64,000 nt of DNA from Antedon mediterranea (lineage: Eukaryota; Animalia; Echinodermata): contig NC_092675.1 of NCBI RefSeq assembly GCF_964355755.1, forward strand, positions 19,936,912 through 20,000,911. The letters run 5' to 3'. Both the position numbers and the translations under genes were made by a program. Under the pieces are notes generated by a model. That model did not search any database. It was not told where the DNA came from and was given only the letters and a program-made list of their open reading frames with translations. Below, in pieces: positions 40,766-53,270 of this stretch. Each line of letters begins with the position of its first letter. Within the stretch, counting starts at the first letter, position 1.

Positions 40766-41836
40766 TATTTATTTTATTCATGATTGAACAGTCTTCTAAT
40801 ATTAGAAGGCTAGCATGTTAACCACATAATACCTAGCATTGGAAACTCAAGGAATATGCATCAAATCACATTTATCTTCAAAATCCAAAAATGTAAAAAG
40901 TTTTTTTTTCAACAGTTATTTATAGATTTTTCTAAACTAATCCCGACATTTATATTAATTTTAATAACTGCTTTTTCGAAAATCAGTCACGTTGATATGC
41001 ATGGCAAGATTAAAAATTAAAAAGTCTTTGTTTGTACAGGTACATAAACTGAAATCAAGAGTAAAAGTTTTGAGATTCCCACACTAGATACCTTTGTGGA
41101 AACATTCTATTTTAATTCAAATACAATGATAGCCATGAAAATATCCATTTAATTTTCTTTAAATGGTGTGGCTAGTCATCACAATGCAGTAGAACCCAAA
41201 CCAAGGGACACTTTATTAGGTCCTGGAGGTGTCTTACTATATGGCTTAAATAATACAGTTTCCTCTGAATAGGGCTTAGGAGTAGTGTCAAAACATAATA
41301 TTTCCCCTTGTTCATTTCACAGGAAAGCATCCCTAAATAGGGTTGTCGCATATGAGGGGTTTTACTGTATATCACGGCATTGAAAATCAAATCAAAATAT
41401 TATCTTAGAACATTTAATTTAACAACTAAGTAATCATATATGTCATTATACTACTGTAGAGAGATATCTAGATAATCCAATTCTAAACCCTTTATTCCCC
41501 ACACTGCTTTGTAACATAATTATTGGGCTATAGAATTGCACAAATAATAAACAAGATTTCAATTGGTCAATGTCAGCCACAGCTACAATCATGATGGTGT
41601 GGTGTCTTCATATTCCTTAACCTTTTTACAAAAATGATCCCACAATGTTAACTTGCTGAAAAATGACCGTTTTTAGATAAAATTTGTGCTTTTTATATAT
41701 ATATTTGGCTGATATATCGGTGAGAAAATTAAACAAATAACTTGTAATTATTCATTGGCCAACTTCAGGGATACCATGCCTGCATACAACCCATTCACTG
41801 TGGACTGAATGTGGTGAGGCTAAATTAGCTCACATA

Positions 41837-44800
41837 TCAAAATGTGTCAAATTCATCGATAACATGTTGGTCATTAAACTGTGCTGTATTGCTGTACGCA
41901 ATGGAATAAATACCGCTTCGCATACGTTCTGCTCTGGCAAGAACTATCTTCCAATTTCCTTCCAATGTCAAATCCAACTCTTTCTTGATTGTTTTTGTCT
42001 TCACCGCATTCCTACCAAATTTCCTATTGATTAATCATAAATAGTAATAAAATATTGAAGATATCGTTTAACTCATTATCTAAAAAGGATATTTTAAATT
42101 AGGTAATAAACAAAATGTATATGTAATCATAAATAATGTGATGTGCCTATATAATGGACATGATGATGTATATACTGTAGGCACATCACTCTTTTTTTGT
42201 CAAACTAGTTTGATTGTGTAGACAGAGCTTTAGCCATTTCGGCTCTACTATAGGCTTGTTTTAGTTAACTAAAGGTGAAAAACAAGATTTCAAAATGCAC
42301 ACATTGGCAGATGACATGCTTGAAAACACCTACTGGAAAACTCACTGTTTATTATTGGTGTTGATTCCCTAGAATTTTTTTAATATCCCCCTCTATGTTT
42401 AACAAATAGCACCCTCTATGGTTTGATAAAGTGTCCCAATATTTCATTAAATTCCTAAGTAGATATTTATAAAGAACAACTTTTGTGTATCTTACGATTC
42501 AGTTTCAAGGTATTTAATTAGGGCAAAAGCTTTCCTGTCTATAAGTCTGGTGAATTGTTCAATGTAACTTTCTCGAACACCTCTTGTAGGTTGTAAAAGA
42601 AAAATCTGTAAGAAATCATAAATAACTTGAGGGGAAGAAAGTTATTGTCTTTAACTTCATGTTATTTTTATATGCATTGAATTTGCGAAATAAAAGTTGA
42701 TATATATTATATTTAACAGTCATTTTATTTCAAGAACATGTATTAGTTTCAATAATGGAAAAATAATATACATAATATAATTAAAACATTATTTAGGATC
42801 CTGTAATTTCAGAAGAAAACAAGTTTCTTGTCATATGCCTGATCCCAAAGTCAGTCAGGTATCATCATTCCAAATAAGGTTAAATAGGTCATTAGAGGGA
42901 AGTGTTACTGCCATTGATGACTGAATCAATCAAATTATTTGAAATATATTTCACTAAATATTAATAGTCCACATACTAAAGCTCTGTCTACACTATCAAA
43001 CTAGTTTGACAAAAAGTCTTCCAAATATGGAAGTGATATGACATCATCATGTCCATGTATGAGCACATCCCATTTTTTGTCACATAAAGTTTGATAGTGT
43101 AGACAGGGCATTAGTGTCTATGTTAACTTATCTTAATAACAAATGAAATAACTAACCTCTTTTTGAAAATTATGAACTAACGTCTCATTTGTATGTACTT
43201 GCTGAAAAGCACTCCTGAAATATACAACGTTTACAATTGAGTACAATTTAAGGTCAAACGGGTTAAGAAAATACACCCTACTTCTAATAGATGAAATTTG
43301 CCTGATAGGATTGGTAAAAAACTGTCTTGAGATATATGCTTTTTAAAATTTCACTTCAGGTCTATTGTTTTAAAAAGGGGCACTTCAGAAAAAAGTGGCT
43401 AGTTTAAGCCTAGCTACAGGCTTGTTAGATAAAAACTTTGGAAAATATGAAAATGGTCAGTGATAGACTAAGGATAAAAGAACAGTTTCAAACTCTTCAT
43501 TAGAGATATATTTTGATACTTACAAAATAAGGAATAATGCATTTGACTTCTCAATCCACATACATTTCATCTCATGTTGCAAAACATCATGTCTCCTAAT
43601 AATTTAAATAAATACAAAAGTATTTTAAGAACAGAAACAGTGGGATTGATTGGAAAATGGTAGGAATCTAAATTTGCAGAGAGATGTGCAGTCAAACATG
43701 ACAGACAGTCATAATGTAATGCAAACTTTACCCTCACTGAAGTCATTCAAATATTATCTTAAAGCCTGTTTTCCTGTTGATCGTTGAGTTGCATTAAGTT
43801 GCGTTGAATTGACAGGACTCAATGATTTTACAGGAAAAGGGGTAAAAATCAACGTTAAAAATCGTTAAAATTTGCAATCGTTAAAGATAAACAGAGTTTA
43901 ACTTTAACGCTTGAGAGAACCTAGAAACTATGAACGATCGCAGAAAAATGTGTATCAGTAGTCCGGCTTGATCTTTGTTATTGTTATTATTTTCAACTTT
44001 AAACTCAACGCAATTTAACGCCATGATCGACAGAAAATCAGGCTTAAGCTGCTCATTTTAAAAGATCAGATATAACTAGTTTCTATCACCAACGAGGTGC
44101 CATGACGCATGACCTACCTTTTTAGGTGTTCATGGCACGGAGGCATTTGTCTAACTTCCAAAGAGCAAAGATCCACTAAGGTTGTTGGATATCGTCCGGT
44201 CATCATTTCTTTCATAAAATTGGAAACAATGAATTGGCAGGTTTCATTCTAAAGAGTAAAATTAAAATAATTAATATTTTGAATAAAGATGAACTAAAAT
44301 TCCACTACATAAACAATTTGTTCAATTTCTAATTCTTTATTCATCCCGCGTAGGGCAATTTCCAGGTATAAAACTGATTTCATGAGAGAAGTTATTTCCT
44401 AATTTCTCATGCAATCAACAAGAATGCATCATAAATAGTATTTTCAAACAATAATACTAACATTTATAAACCCTTGCAGAAATATATCAGGGTGGTACAG
44501 GTAAGGGTTTTTCTCCACTGCAAGACGGCTACAACGTCTATCTCGGGGAGAAAGGAACAAAGCCAGGGTTTTCAACATCTGTAGAAAAAATGAAATATTA
44601 ATTGTGTAAAAAATAATTAGTAAAAGAATTATGTAAAGCTATAGGCTAGCTTCCTTAACGGTTATCCTGTGTAAATGGTTTAATTAAAAGGGAGTTTTGA
44701 GTAGATAAATGGGACTATGACTGATCTGTTTGAGATCTAGCTTCTCGCTGTTTATTGTATGTATGTGTAGATGTGTTGCGAGCAATTTGAGGAATTCGTA

Positions 44801-47800
44801 ATTGACCAATCGAATTGCTTTGTTGATTAGCCTTACTGGAATAGGTGATTCCCATTAAATGAAGCAGGAATGTATAGTTGTAAGTCAGTATTCCTGTCTG
44901 TCTGTATGTCTGTCTGTATTCCTGTCTGTCTGTATGTAGAATTAGGCTGTGTTTTTAAAACAAAGCTTAGTAGATTTGTTAGCTTAAAGGGTAGGTTTGC
45001 AAGCGTCAATCTTATCCAGAAACTTGATGGTAGTTGAAACACTGAACATACATTTAGATGTTTATTTTAAGATCAATGTTTTAATATTTGCATTGTATTT
45101 CAATACATACACGATTAACTTCATCTACATTGCTACCAACAACTATCGTACAACCACTGGTTTGAAGATGAGATATAAGTGCTCTAGAAAACAAAATGAA
45201 AAAAATTTAAATCAATTAATTAAATGGTGCTCGATTGTTTCATTTTTTTTTTGTATAACATTTAGGTAATCATTTGCCCTATTGTTTTAAATTTTGTTAA
45301 TGTCCATGTTTTTGTTTCCCAAAATAAATTTTTTTATTTCTATTTGTACTTTTATTGTTTTATTTGCTATTTAGATATCAGTATTATAGGGTAATGTGTT
45401 TAAGAGCTTCAGCTCATTGCATACCCGTTTTGTATCAAATACGTTTTCCGTTGATTATCATTTAGGTTAAACTTATAGAAATTTTCTTGTAAAAGAAACA
45501 CTGTATATATATTCTGTTGGTGTTAGAAACAGAAAATAATTAATGCATAAATTAAAATCCATAAACATTTTTAATTTTAAAACTAGCATAGCTTTATTTC
45601 ATTTAAAAAAAATGGAAATTAAAAAGTAATGAAACCTTTCCATAAGCTCTGCATCAAATTGTTTTTCTTGGCCTGAGGAGTATGCAGTGTCTTTAATCTA
45701 CAAAATTGTTAATTTTAAAGAAAATTTAGTTGAGGAGGCCCCTACAGTACATGAGTAATTAGTTATTTTGAGAATACAGATAGAAGTAAAGAGCCCTCCT
45801 TTGCGCCACACCTATTTAGGCGACACTCTATTCAGGGGACATTAGTTACCATCCATTAGGGAACAATTTGTTGTGTCCCGAATGACATTTCTTATGTACA
45901 TACAAAAACATGCACATATCAAGTACCGGGTAGGGAAAAACATTCACAAAATCATGTATAAAGTAAAATATTTAAAATGGTGTAACAGTTTTCAGTTTAT
46001 TTAATACTTACGTCTAGTTTTTCTGGAAGCTGAGCTAGCTTTAATGACTTCAAAGCTTCTAGATGCTTGCATAGATAAACTTGAAATTTACCTATTGTAG
46101 TTTTATGATCCTGAAAATTCAAGAAATAGAGATATATCTTTTGCCAGAATTAGTCTGAGACAAAGTGAACATAATTGGTAATTGAGAGTTCAAACATCAC
46201 ATCATTCAAAGTTGAAATCGGTTGAAGTTTCTCTTTTTCTGTTAATTCATAAAAATTATAAACTTATTATTATAAATTATTTACTGCAGTAACTATTTTG
46301 TATCTGCAATAACATATGATTTTTGTTTCATTTTTTAAATTAAAATAAACAATGTGTATGATTACCAAGAAAATTAAATAAAAAGCAGTTACTGCAATAG
46401 AAGAATTTTGACTCCTTATTAGGGAGGTTTTACAACGCCACGAATACAATAACAAAACGGATATGTCACACATTACGTATTCGTTTTTGTAAGCCAGTAA
46501 AATTCTGTTTCGCATGGCAACGAATATTGAGGCCGCCGTCCAAAATATGACTGCGGTAAAATTGTATGAAGTGCAGGTAACCTTGCCTAGCGTAGCATCA
46601 AAGCAAGGGAGGACTTTAAAAACTGCTAATTATCAAAATTGACCTGACATTTTTAATAAATTACTTTTTTAATTTCTTTCTATAAATCTATAATTAGGTA
46701 TCCCAATGAAAAAATTCAGATTAATTTTTTTACATTTTCTTTCAGTTAACCATAAAGAACTTAATGTAATTAGCATTTTGCGATTTAAATGATTGAAATC
46801 CGATTACCCGTTCTAAAGTTATGGTTATTTAAAGTGGTAAAAAAATATACGATTTTTTGCCTAAAAATGGTGTTTTTTGCAGTTGAAATTGGAAGCATTT
46901 TTAAAAGGTTATAACTTTTACAATAATTAGTTAAAAGTTTTGAATTTTGTTAAACCTATAGATATCACAGAGTTGTACAACTCTATTTTTTTTGGAGCCT
47001 CAACGAAACCTATTTTTTAAATTATTGGTCCGCAAAGTGGTAGGAAAGCATTTAACGCCCATTTTTGCTGGAATTCCCTAAAAAATGAAAAAACTGCAAT
47101 TTTTCAATGATCTGTAACTTTTGAACTACTGTACTAATTCATTTAATTTTTTTTGTACTTGTTAGAATGTAGTGTATATTTCATTAATAAATATATTTTA
47201 GATGTGTATATGAAAAAAAAAAATTTTTTTAATGGTGAAATTTAAAATTATAAAAAGAAAAAATGAAAAAGTATGTTAAAAACGGTGTGTACTGTTTCCT
47301 TTCTTTTACACTAATTTTCGGTAAGTATAATTATTAGAATATTTTAATATACTTTATATTTATAATTTCAATCATAAATACTATTATATATAACTTTTGA
47401 ATACGTAAAACAAGATTTTAGGCCCATATGATTATGACACCAAATCTAAGCTAAGTAAGATATGCTCTTTTAAGGCAAACGCACAATATGGGTCAAAATA
47501 AACTCATTTAAAATAATCAATGTTAATTAAAACAATTAATTGTTTACCTGAATAGTATATATAACATTATAAAAATTGTTTTCTTTTCGTATTATTACGT
47601 TATTAAATTGAAATACGGAGCTAAAGTTTAGGCCAAGTCACGGCTTACTCGCGATCAGTAGTCGCTCCGTTAAAGTATTTCGGTCGCAGTTAATGACTTT
47701 CGGCCGCCGTATACAGAGTCAAATGTAACGTTGGTAAATTAGCTTAATAAATTTCCTCGGTACATTTTAACCTAACGCATTTGCATTGTATACTTGCATA

Positions 47801-49302
47801 ATAAATCTTCCGCACATTACATCTATTTTAAGTTGTTAAATTAATGTGTAAAACCAGATATTCTACGACGGAAAAGGACATGTCAATCTCCGACATCGCT
47901 GCTGTCACACATCTCGCGTCGAGCCGGTTGAACTCGAGCGAGGAAAACTAAACAACGTGTTCAAAATATGGAACGTACCATTCGCTGATAGGGTGCATTA
48001 ATGTATTTAACGGAAAACGCCACAACAAACACGCGCGTATTTTAGAGTACAATATTTTACTCACTACAATATTCACCGGATTATAATGGTTGGATCTTTA
48101 AAATTTTGAACGGGATTTACGCCTCATGCACCATTTTAAAATGTAGTTCGCTCAATTACCATTCACAATACGTTTGTAAACTATGTTTTATCGATTTCAA
48201 TGTAGATTTAGCTATAATTTAATACCAAAATCCATAATATTTTTCCATAAACGGTGAATCAAAATTGGATTTTTGTCACAAAAATTGACTTTTCGTTACG
48301 AAAAACCTATTTATAGAAGACGATTTTCGTATCAAATTAAAGCTTATTTAAAGCCTGATAACATACAACAAAAATTAATCCGCTAGCTCCAATGGTAATC
48401 GTGCGATCGTGTTTTGAAAACTGATGGGGATTTTCCGATGAGGTTTTCAACGCGCGGAAATCGGCTCGACGGGATTTTAGAACCGTTTTAAAATCGCATT
48501 TTCTCGGCAACTAATTCATTAATTTTAATTATAAACACACTTATACAAAGATTAAAACAAGTACTTTCAAACAATATAAATTTTGTAAGTATTAATTAAG
48601 ATTGAATACGATTTATTTAACATCAAAGTCATACTACTTTTTCGAATTTCGTCAATATTTCAAAAGTGATACCCCTCTGTGCGCTTTCATTGGGATACCT
48701 ACTATAATTATATTATAATCATGAATCATTTCAATGTGCAAAATATATCAAAAACTATACTCGTTTTGTAGTTTGTGTTTGTGATGTATCCGTTTTCGTT
48801 ATCGTATTTGTAAGGTTGCGAAACCTTCCTATTGTCTAATAAAAATTAAACCAACCTTTCTTAATAGAACCCTAAGTTTAGTTACAAGTGCCTCCATCTG
48901 AATACAACAAAATTCATGCAGTGGAAGATACCATTGTAAATCTGAATAGGGAAAAACCAGCGAAAATCCATACACTGTGTTTCCACTTCCAATATCCGCA
49001 CAGAAAATTGACGATGTAACCAGTATTCCTCTATCAGGCAATACAAGGAATTTTGTGTGAACTCCTGTTGAACTTTGGTCACTTGAACTTATCGTATTCT
49101 TGCATATGAACTTAGTACAACCATAATCCATATGTTTGCTTCCCTCTGTCATCCAAACATATTCGATATGAGGTCCGAGAATATTGTTCCACAAGCAAAG
49201 AATTACAGCGCACACAGGATATTCCACGGACTCTTCTAAAACGGTTGTAACCTTCGCAAATTCATCAGTTGAAGATAAACTAAGAAAGGGTATGTGTGAC
49301 AT
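41837..49302 (-). CDS. C9orf72: C9orf72 homologue (DENN-like, SMCR8/WDR41 complex), ~451 aa
   Basis: Exons 49302-48856, 46110-46012, 45697-45636, 45183-45111, 44578-44462, 44248-44118, 43595-43524, 43214-43157, 42605-42496 and 42023-41837. Motifs: WNNILGP, YLPLH, SHLQTSGCTIVVGS, TLALFL…CSRL, YPTT…QMPPCHEH, RKAFALIKY, LDLTLEG. Confidence 0.94.
43762..44046. mobile_element. MITE with ~20-bp TIR
   Basis: AGCCTGTTTTCCTGTTGATC…GATCGACAGAAAATCAGGCT with TAA-type flanks. Confidence 0.6.
46421..48830. mobile_element. Family B TIR element interrupted by a nested insertion
   Basis: Left part 46421-46694 and right part 48702-48830 match the reverse complement of 25730-26235; ATT on both flanks. Confidence 0.8.
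46695..48701. mobile_element. ~2.0-kb non-autonomous DNA transposon nested in family B
   Basis: TIR TAGGTATCCCAATGAAA…TTTCATTGGGATACCTA flanked by CTATAAT direct repeats; no long ORF. Confidence 0.8.
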
Positions 49303-49430
49303 TGTTAAGATAGGTTCGATCTAAAGTTTTAAAATTATATTTCTCAAAAATGTTACTTCTTGCATAACATTGTCCAATCGTTGTTACTTGTCCATGGATA
49401 CAGTTTAATGTAAATTGTTTAACAAAAGTT

Positions 49431-49712
49431 TTATAACACAGTTTCATGTAAAACAAGTAAAGAGTCTCGGTTAAAGCTCATCCAAAATAGAATCTGATGA
49501 GCACATTCGATGGATAGATTCAAGAAGAATAACGTCATAAGCGCTAACGTACCACCCCAAGTTAACCGAGGAGTGGATGAGTTCATAATCATAACTAAAA
49601 ACAGCAATAGACTGGTTGAAAGACACGATGAAATAATGTGGTTTAAGAAAACTCGTTTTAAAAGTGGTCGATCAAGAATAACGTCAGTCAACTCGGAATA
49701 TGCAGGTAACAT
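49431..49712 (-). CDS. Candidate 93-aa two-TM small protein (uORF) upstream of C9orf72
   Basis: ATG in AGTAGCATG context, downstream of an acceptor-like TTCTTGCAG at ~49792; two hydrophobic segments; stop ~130 nt before the C9orf72 ATG. Confidence 0.35.
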   Translation of the reverse strand: MLPAYSELTDVILDRPLLKRVFLNHIISSCLSTSLLLFLVMIMNSSTPRLTWGGTLALMTLFFLNLSIECAHQILFWMSFNRDSLLVLHETVL

Positions 49713-49947
49713 GCTACTATGTTGATAGACGGTTTAAGCTACTGGTGTTATTTTTTCAAGGCGCATGCTTCTATCTTGGCAGTAAGGTAGTCTGCAAGAA
49801 AGATTTATACATAGTAAGTAAATATAACAAAACAAATTCTTCCAAAACTGAAACACACTCTATAATTGAGGGCTAGCCATATTTAATCGTAAATTATCAA
49901 AATGACATGAAACCGACAATTGAAATTCAAGCACATGATTATGAATA

Positions 49948-51013
49948 CGCTGTGGCTAAAGATACGGTACCGTATCCTAACTTCCGTTTGCTAAAGGTAC
50001 GGTAAAATTGCATTACGTCATAATCTGCCAATGGGGTGCTGGTACATGTGTGACGTCATCGTATAAGGACTTGGGATTTTTTTCATATTGCGAAATAAAA
50101 ACAGTGATCAACCAGCGGCTTAACATTTTCCTTATGCTTCATTTAGCGCTATTATAAAATATCAAAGTCGTGTGACAAAAACTAAATGTAGCCTAGGCTT
50201 ACGTCTGTTATTATTGATAGGCCAAAATATGTTGATTTTAATTCTAGAATACAGAAATTTATCGTTTCAAAAGAGGCGCCTACTACATACTATAACCATG
50301 CTATAACCTATAGCCTCAGTATATGAGTTTCTTTGCCAGGCTAGGGCCAGCTGCGTGTGCGCTGATTTCTGTGACTAATTAAGACCTGGGGCTAGGCCTA
50401 TTGTCTAAATCATAGTATTTGAGGGTCCCTTTTTATTGTCCGCATTTGCTTTTTGTTTCTGGTCACCATCTGTAAACAAAGTTTATTAATTAAAAAATAT
50501 AGGCCTAAATAGGCCATTTGGAATAAAAATAAAACCCTCATAGTAACTATGGACAAATGAACTAGACGCAACCAAAGAATATATTCTTTGACGCAACACA
50601 ATTTCCAACATTGAATTATAATTCCTTTACTTCTAATTTGGCTATCAACATATTTCTACTGTAGTGTAGTGTATAATTTTGTATAATGAAATAATATTTG
50701 AGATTGAGTGCATGTTTTAAACGCTTTATGTAACGTCCACCAACCCATGATCTTGCTCTATTATATACAGCATCGACGATTCTGGATTCAACATTGCTAG
50801 TGAGTCACAGAATCATCAGCGCACACATCCATGTAGCCTGGCGCCGTCGATAGGCATTCTCTACAGACGCGATGTGAAAAAAAATCCAAAGTCCTTATAC
50901 GATGACGTCACACACGTACCAGCACCCCATTGGCTGATTATGACATAATGCAATTTTACCGTACCTTTAGTAGACGGAAGTTAGGATACGGTACCGTATC
51001 TTTAGCCACAGCG
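49948..51013. mobile_element. Non-autonomous Mutator-like element
   Basis: ~135-bp TIRs CGCTGTGGCTAAAGATACGGTACCG…CGGTACCGTATCTTTAGCCACAGCG with a perfect 9-bp TSD TTATGAATA. Confidence 0.85.
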
Positions 51014-51259
51014 TTATGAATAATGGTTACGGACTGTACTTTTTACCTAGTAATTTCTCTAGTAAGCCTAAAATATAGAATAAAACAGGTCCTAGCTAGA
51101 GGCCTAATAATAATATTAATTATTTATATAGGCCTAGCCTAGGCGTAAGAAGCCTAGGCCTATTACTTTGCTGGATTTCCATGTTTTTTTAAAAGGACAA
51201 TGCCTGTCATTCCATTTATCTATATGAAAGCCTGGCATAGGCTGTACCTATACTATGCC

Positions 51260-52804
51260 GGCGCTAATGCAGTTTCGTACGGTACCCACCCCTTAAAATT
51301 ACTCAAAATGATTTCAATACTTCATCTAGCCTACTCACGAGTTGTCTACAGCATTCAGCAAGCATAAAATGGTAAAATATCGATAATTTCTTATTTATAA
51401 CTATTTTTAATCAATTAATAATTGAGCACCCTTCAGAAATCCATCGCCAGCTTAGCTTCGCGAAAATCATCGCTTAGGCCTGCCGATGAAAGTACGGAGG
51501 CCTCATAGGGCATCGATCTATAGAGGACGCTGTTATGATCATATTATGGCGATAATAATATATTTTTTACATGTTCCTCGTGAAACGGATTTTAAGTTTT
51601 TTTCATAAAGAAATATTTTGTGTTTAATTATGTTGTTAATTTTTAGAAATTCTATTTATTTTGAATGTTGTGTGTTATTGTCTTGTCAAATTATATTTGT
51701 TGTAAGGGTCCCTAATGATCAGCTTCGGCTGGATGGACCACCCTCATAAAATATTGTTGAAATAAATTAATGAATAGTTGCTTCATTATTTAATGTTTTA
51801 TTCGATTTTATTTTAATAAACACAACAGGAAAGAAGATGAAAAAGAAGAAATGAAAGACATGAAATGATGTATTCAGTGTCAGCAGAAGTAAAATAAATT
51901 CTAGTAATTAATTGATGGAAAACATTTTTATTATAATTATTGTATTACTGTACATTACATTTCAATAAATTATATCTTTCTGTTTTTGTTCTCTTTCTGT
52001 TTTTGTTTTGCATTTCCTATTTCATGTATTTGAAGAGGTCTTTCATAGGTGAATAAAAAATATTAATTAACAACAGTATACTTCTATAAAATCTTAAAAC
52101 AGGGAAACCATTAGCGTTTCTAGTATCTAGTGATAACAAATACTAAAACAATTAATTCGTCATAGCTTGATTATTGTGTGTTATAACATTAACAATGTAA
52201 CTCAGGAATGAAGTACTGTAATTCTTTTTATTCATTTCATTTATTTATTTGACTTACAAACCATAAGGTAAAATAAATTAAAACAGAGGAAAATTGGTCA
52301 GTACTTATATCTTCAAGAGTCAGCAATTCCATACTTTTCTGTGTGAAATTCTACTAGTAAAATGAAAGAACAAATTAAAAACATAACATAATTATGGTGA
52401 TACCCACAATGATGAATACAGCAATTGTATAGTATTTCTTTTCTTTATTAAAAATACGAAACGCATGTCGGAAATAATGAAAATTATAATTATTTGGTGC
52501 GTGCTTTAAACGTTAGTAACTACGCCCTCTATAGAACTCAACTGTTTACTCTATTAATAGAGTTAATGTCCTGTGAGGCCTCCGTACTTTTATCGGCAGG
52601 CCTAGCGATGATTTTCGCGAAGCTATTAGCTGGCGATGTATTTCTGAAGGGTGCTCAGTATTAATTGATTAAAAATAGTTTTAAATAAAAAATTATCGAT
52701 TTTTTACAATTTTATGATTGCAGAATGTTGTAGACAACTCGTGAGTAGGTTGGATGAAGATTTTGAGTAATTTTAAGGGGTGGGTACGAAACTGCATTAG
52801 CGCC
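51260..52804. mobile_element. Non-autonomous Merlin-like element
   Basis: ~250-bp imperfect TIRs starting GGCGCTAATGCAGTTTCGTAC with a perfect 8-bp TSD ACTATGCC. Confidence 0.75.
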
Positions 52805-53107
52805 ACTATGCCTAGCCTCTAGACAAAAGTGGTGACGCAGTTGATGAACAACAAGAAGGCGGTCCCCACGCACTCCACTAGGCTAGTATAGGGCTAGGCC
52901 TAGGCCAAGGCAAGGCCTAGCCTAGCCCTGCTGGCTGGGCCCCTAGCCTAGGGCCTAGTTGAGAAGGCCTACCAAACTACGGCCTAGCTAGGCGCTAAGT
53001 TAGTAATTAGCGGAAATATAACGCATCATAAAAAGTTTGGGATGTATAAAAAAAAACACAGCTAAGCCTAGCTAAATGTCCTGCATTTTAGTTTAGTTTT
53101 TACTCAC

Positions 53108-53270
53108 ATTAACCCGCATCATCGTCGCACAATATTTTCATTTGATACGTACTACTGTACCGATAATCTGAGTGTCTATTCGTAAGTCAGCCGTGGTAAT
53201 AAAATTACTGTATTTCAATAATGGAAGAGTCCCACGCGCAAAGGAAAATGGACCAGTCCTATGCGTGCTA
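53108..53270 (-). promoter_or_regulatory. Probable C9orf72 first (non-coding) exon and promoter
   Basis: GTGAGT donor at 53107, CpG-retaining sequence, and a TAGGCCTA cluster just downstream as seen at other genes. Human C9orf72 also has a non-coding exon 1. Confidence 0.45.

Noticed and set aside
49510-49725. 71-aa plus-strand ORF
   Set aside because: Antisense to the candidate uORF, with no recognisable features or splice support.
49321-53107. GGGGCC repeat equivalent in C9orf72 intron 1
   Set aside because: No hexanucleotide array is present; only TAGGCC-type clusters that also occur at other genes.
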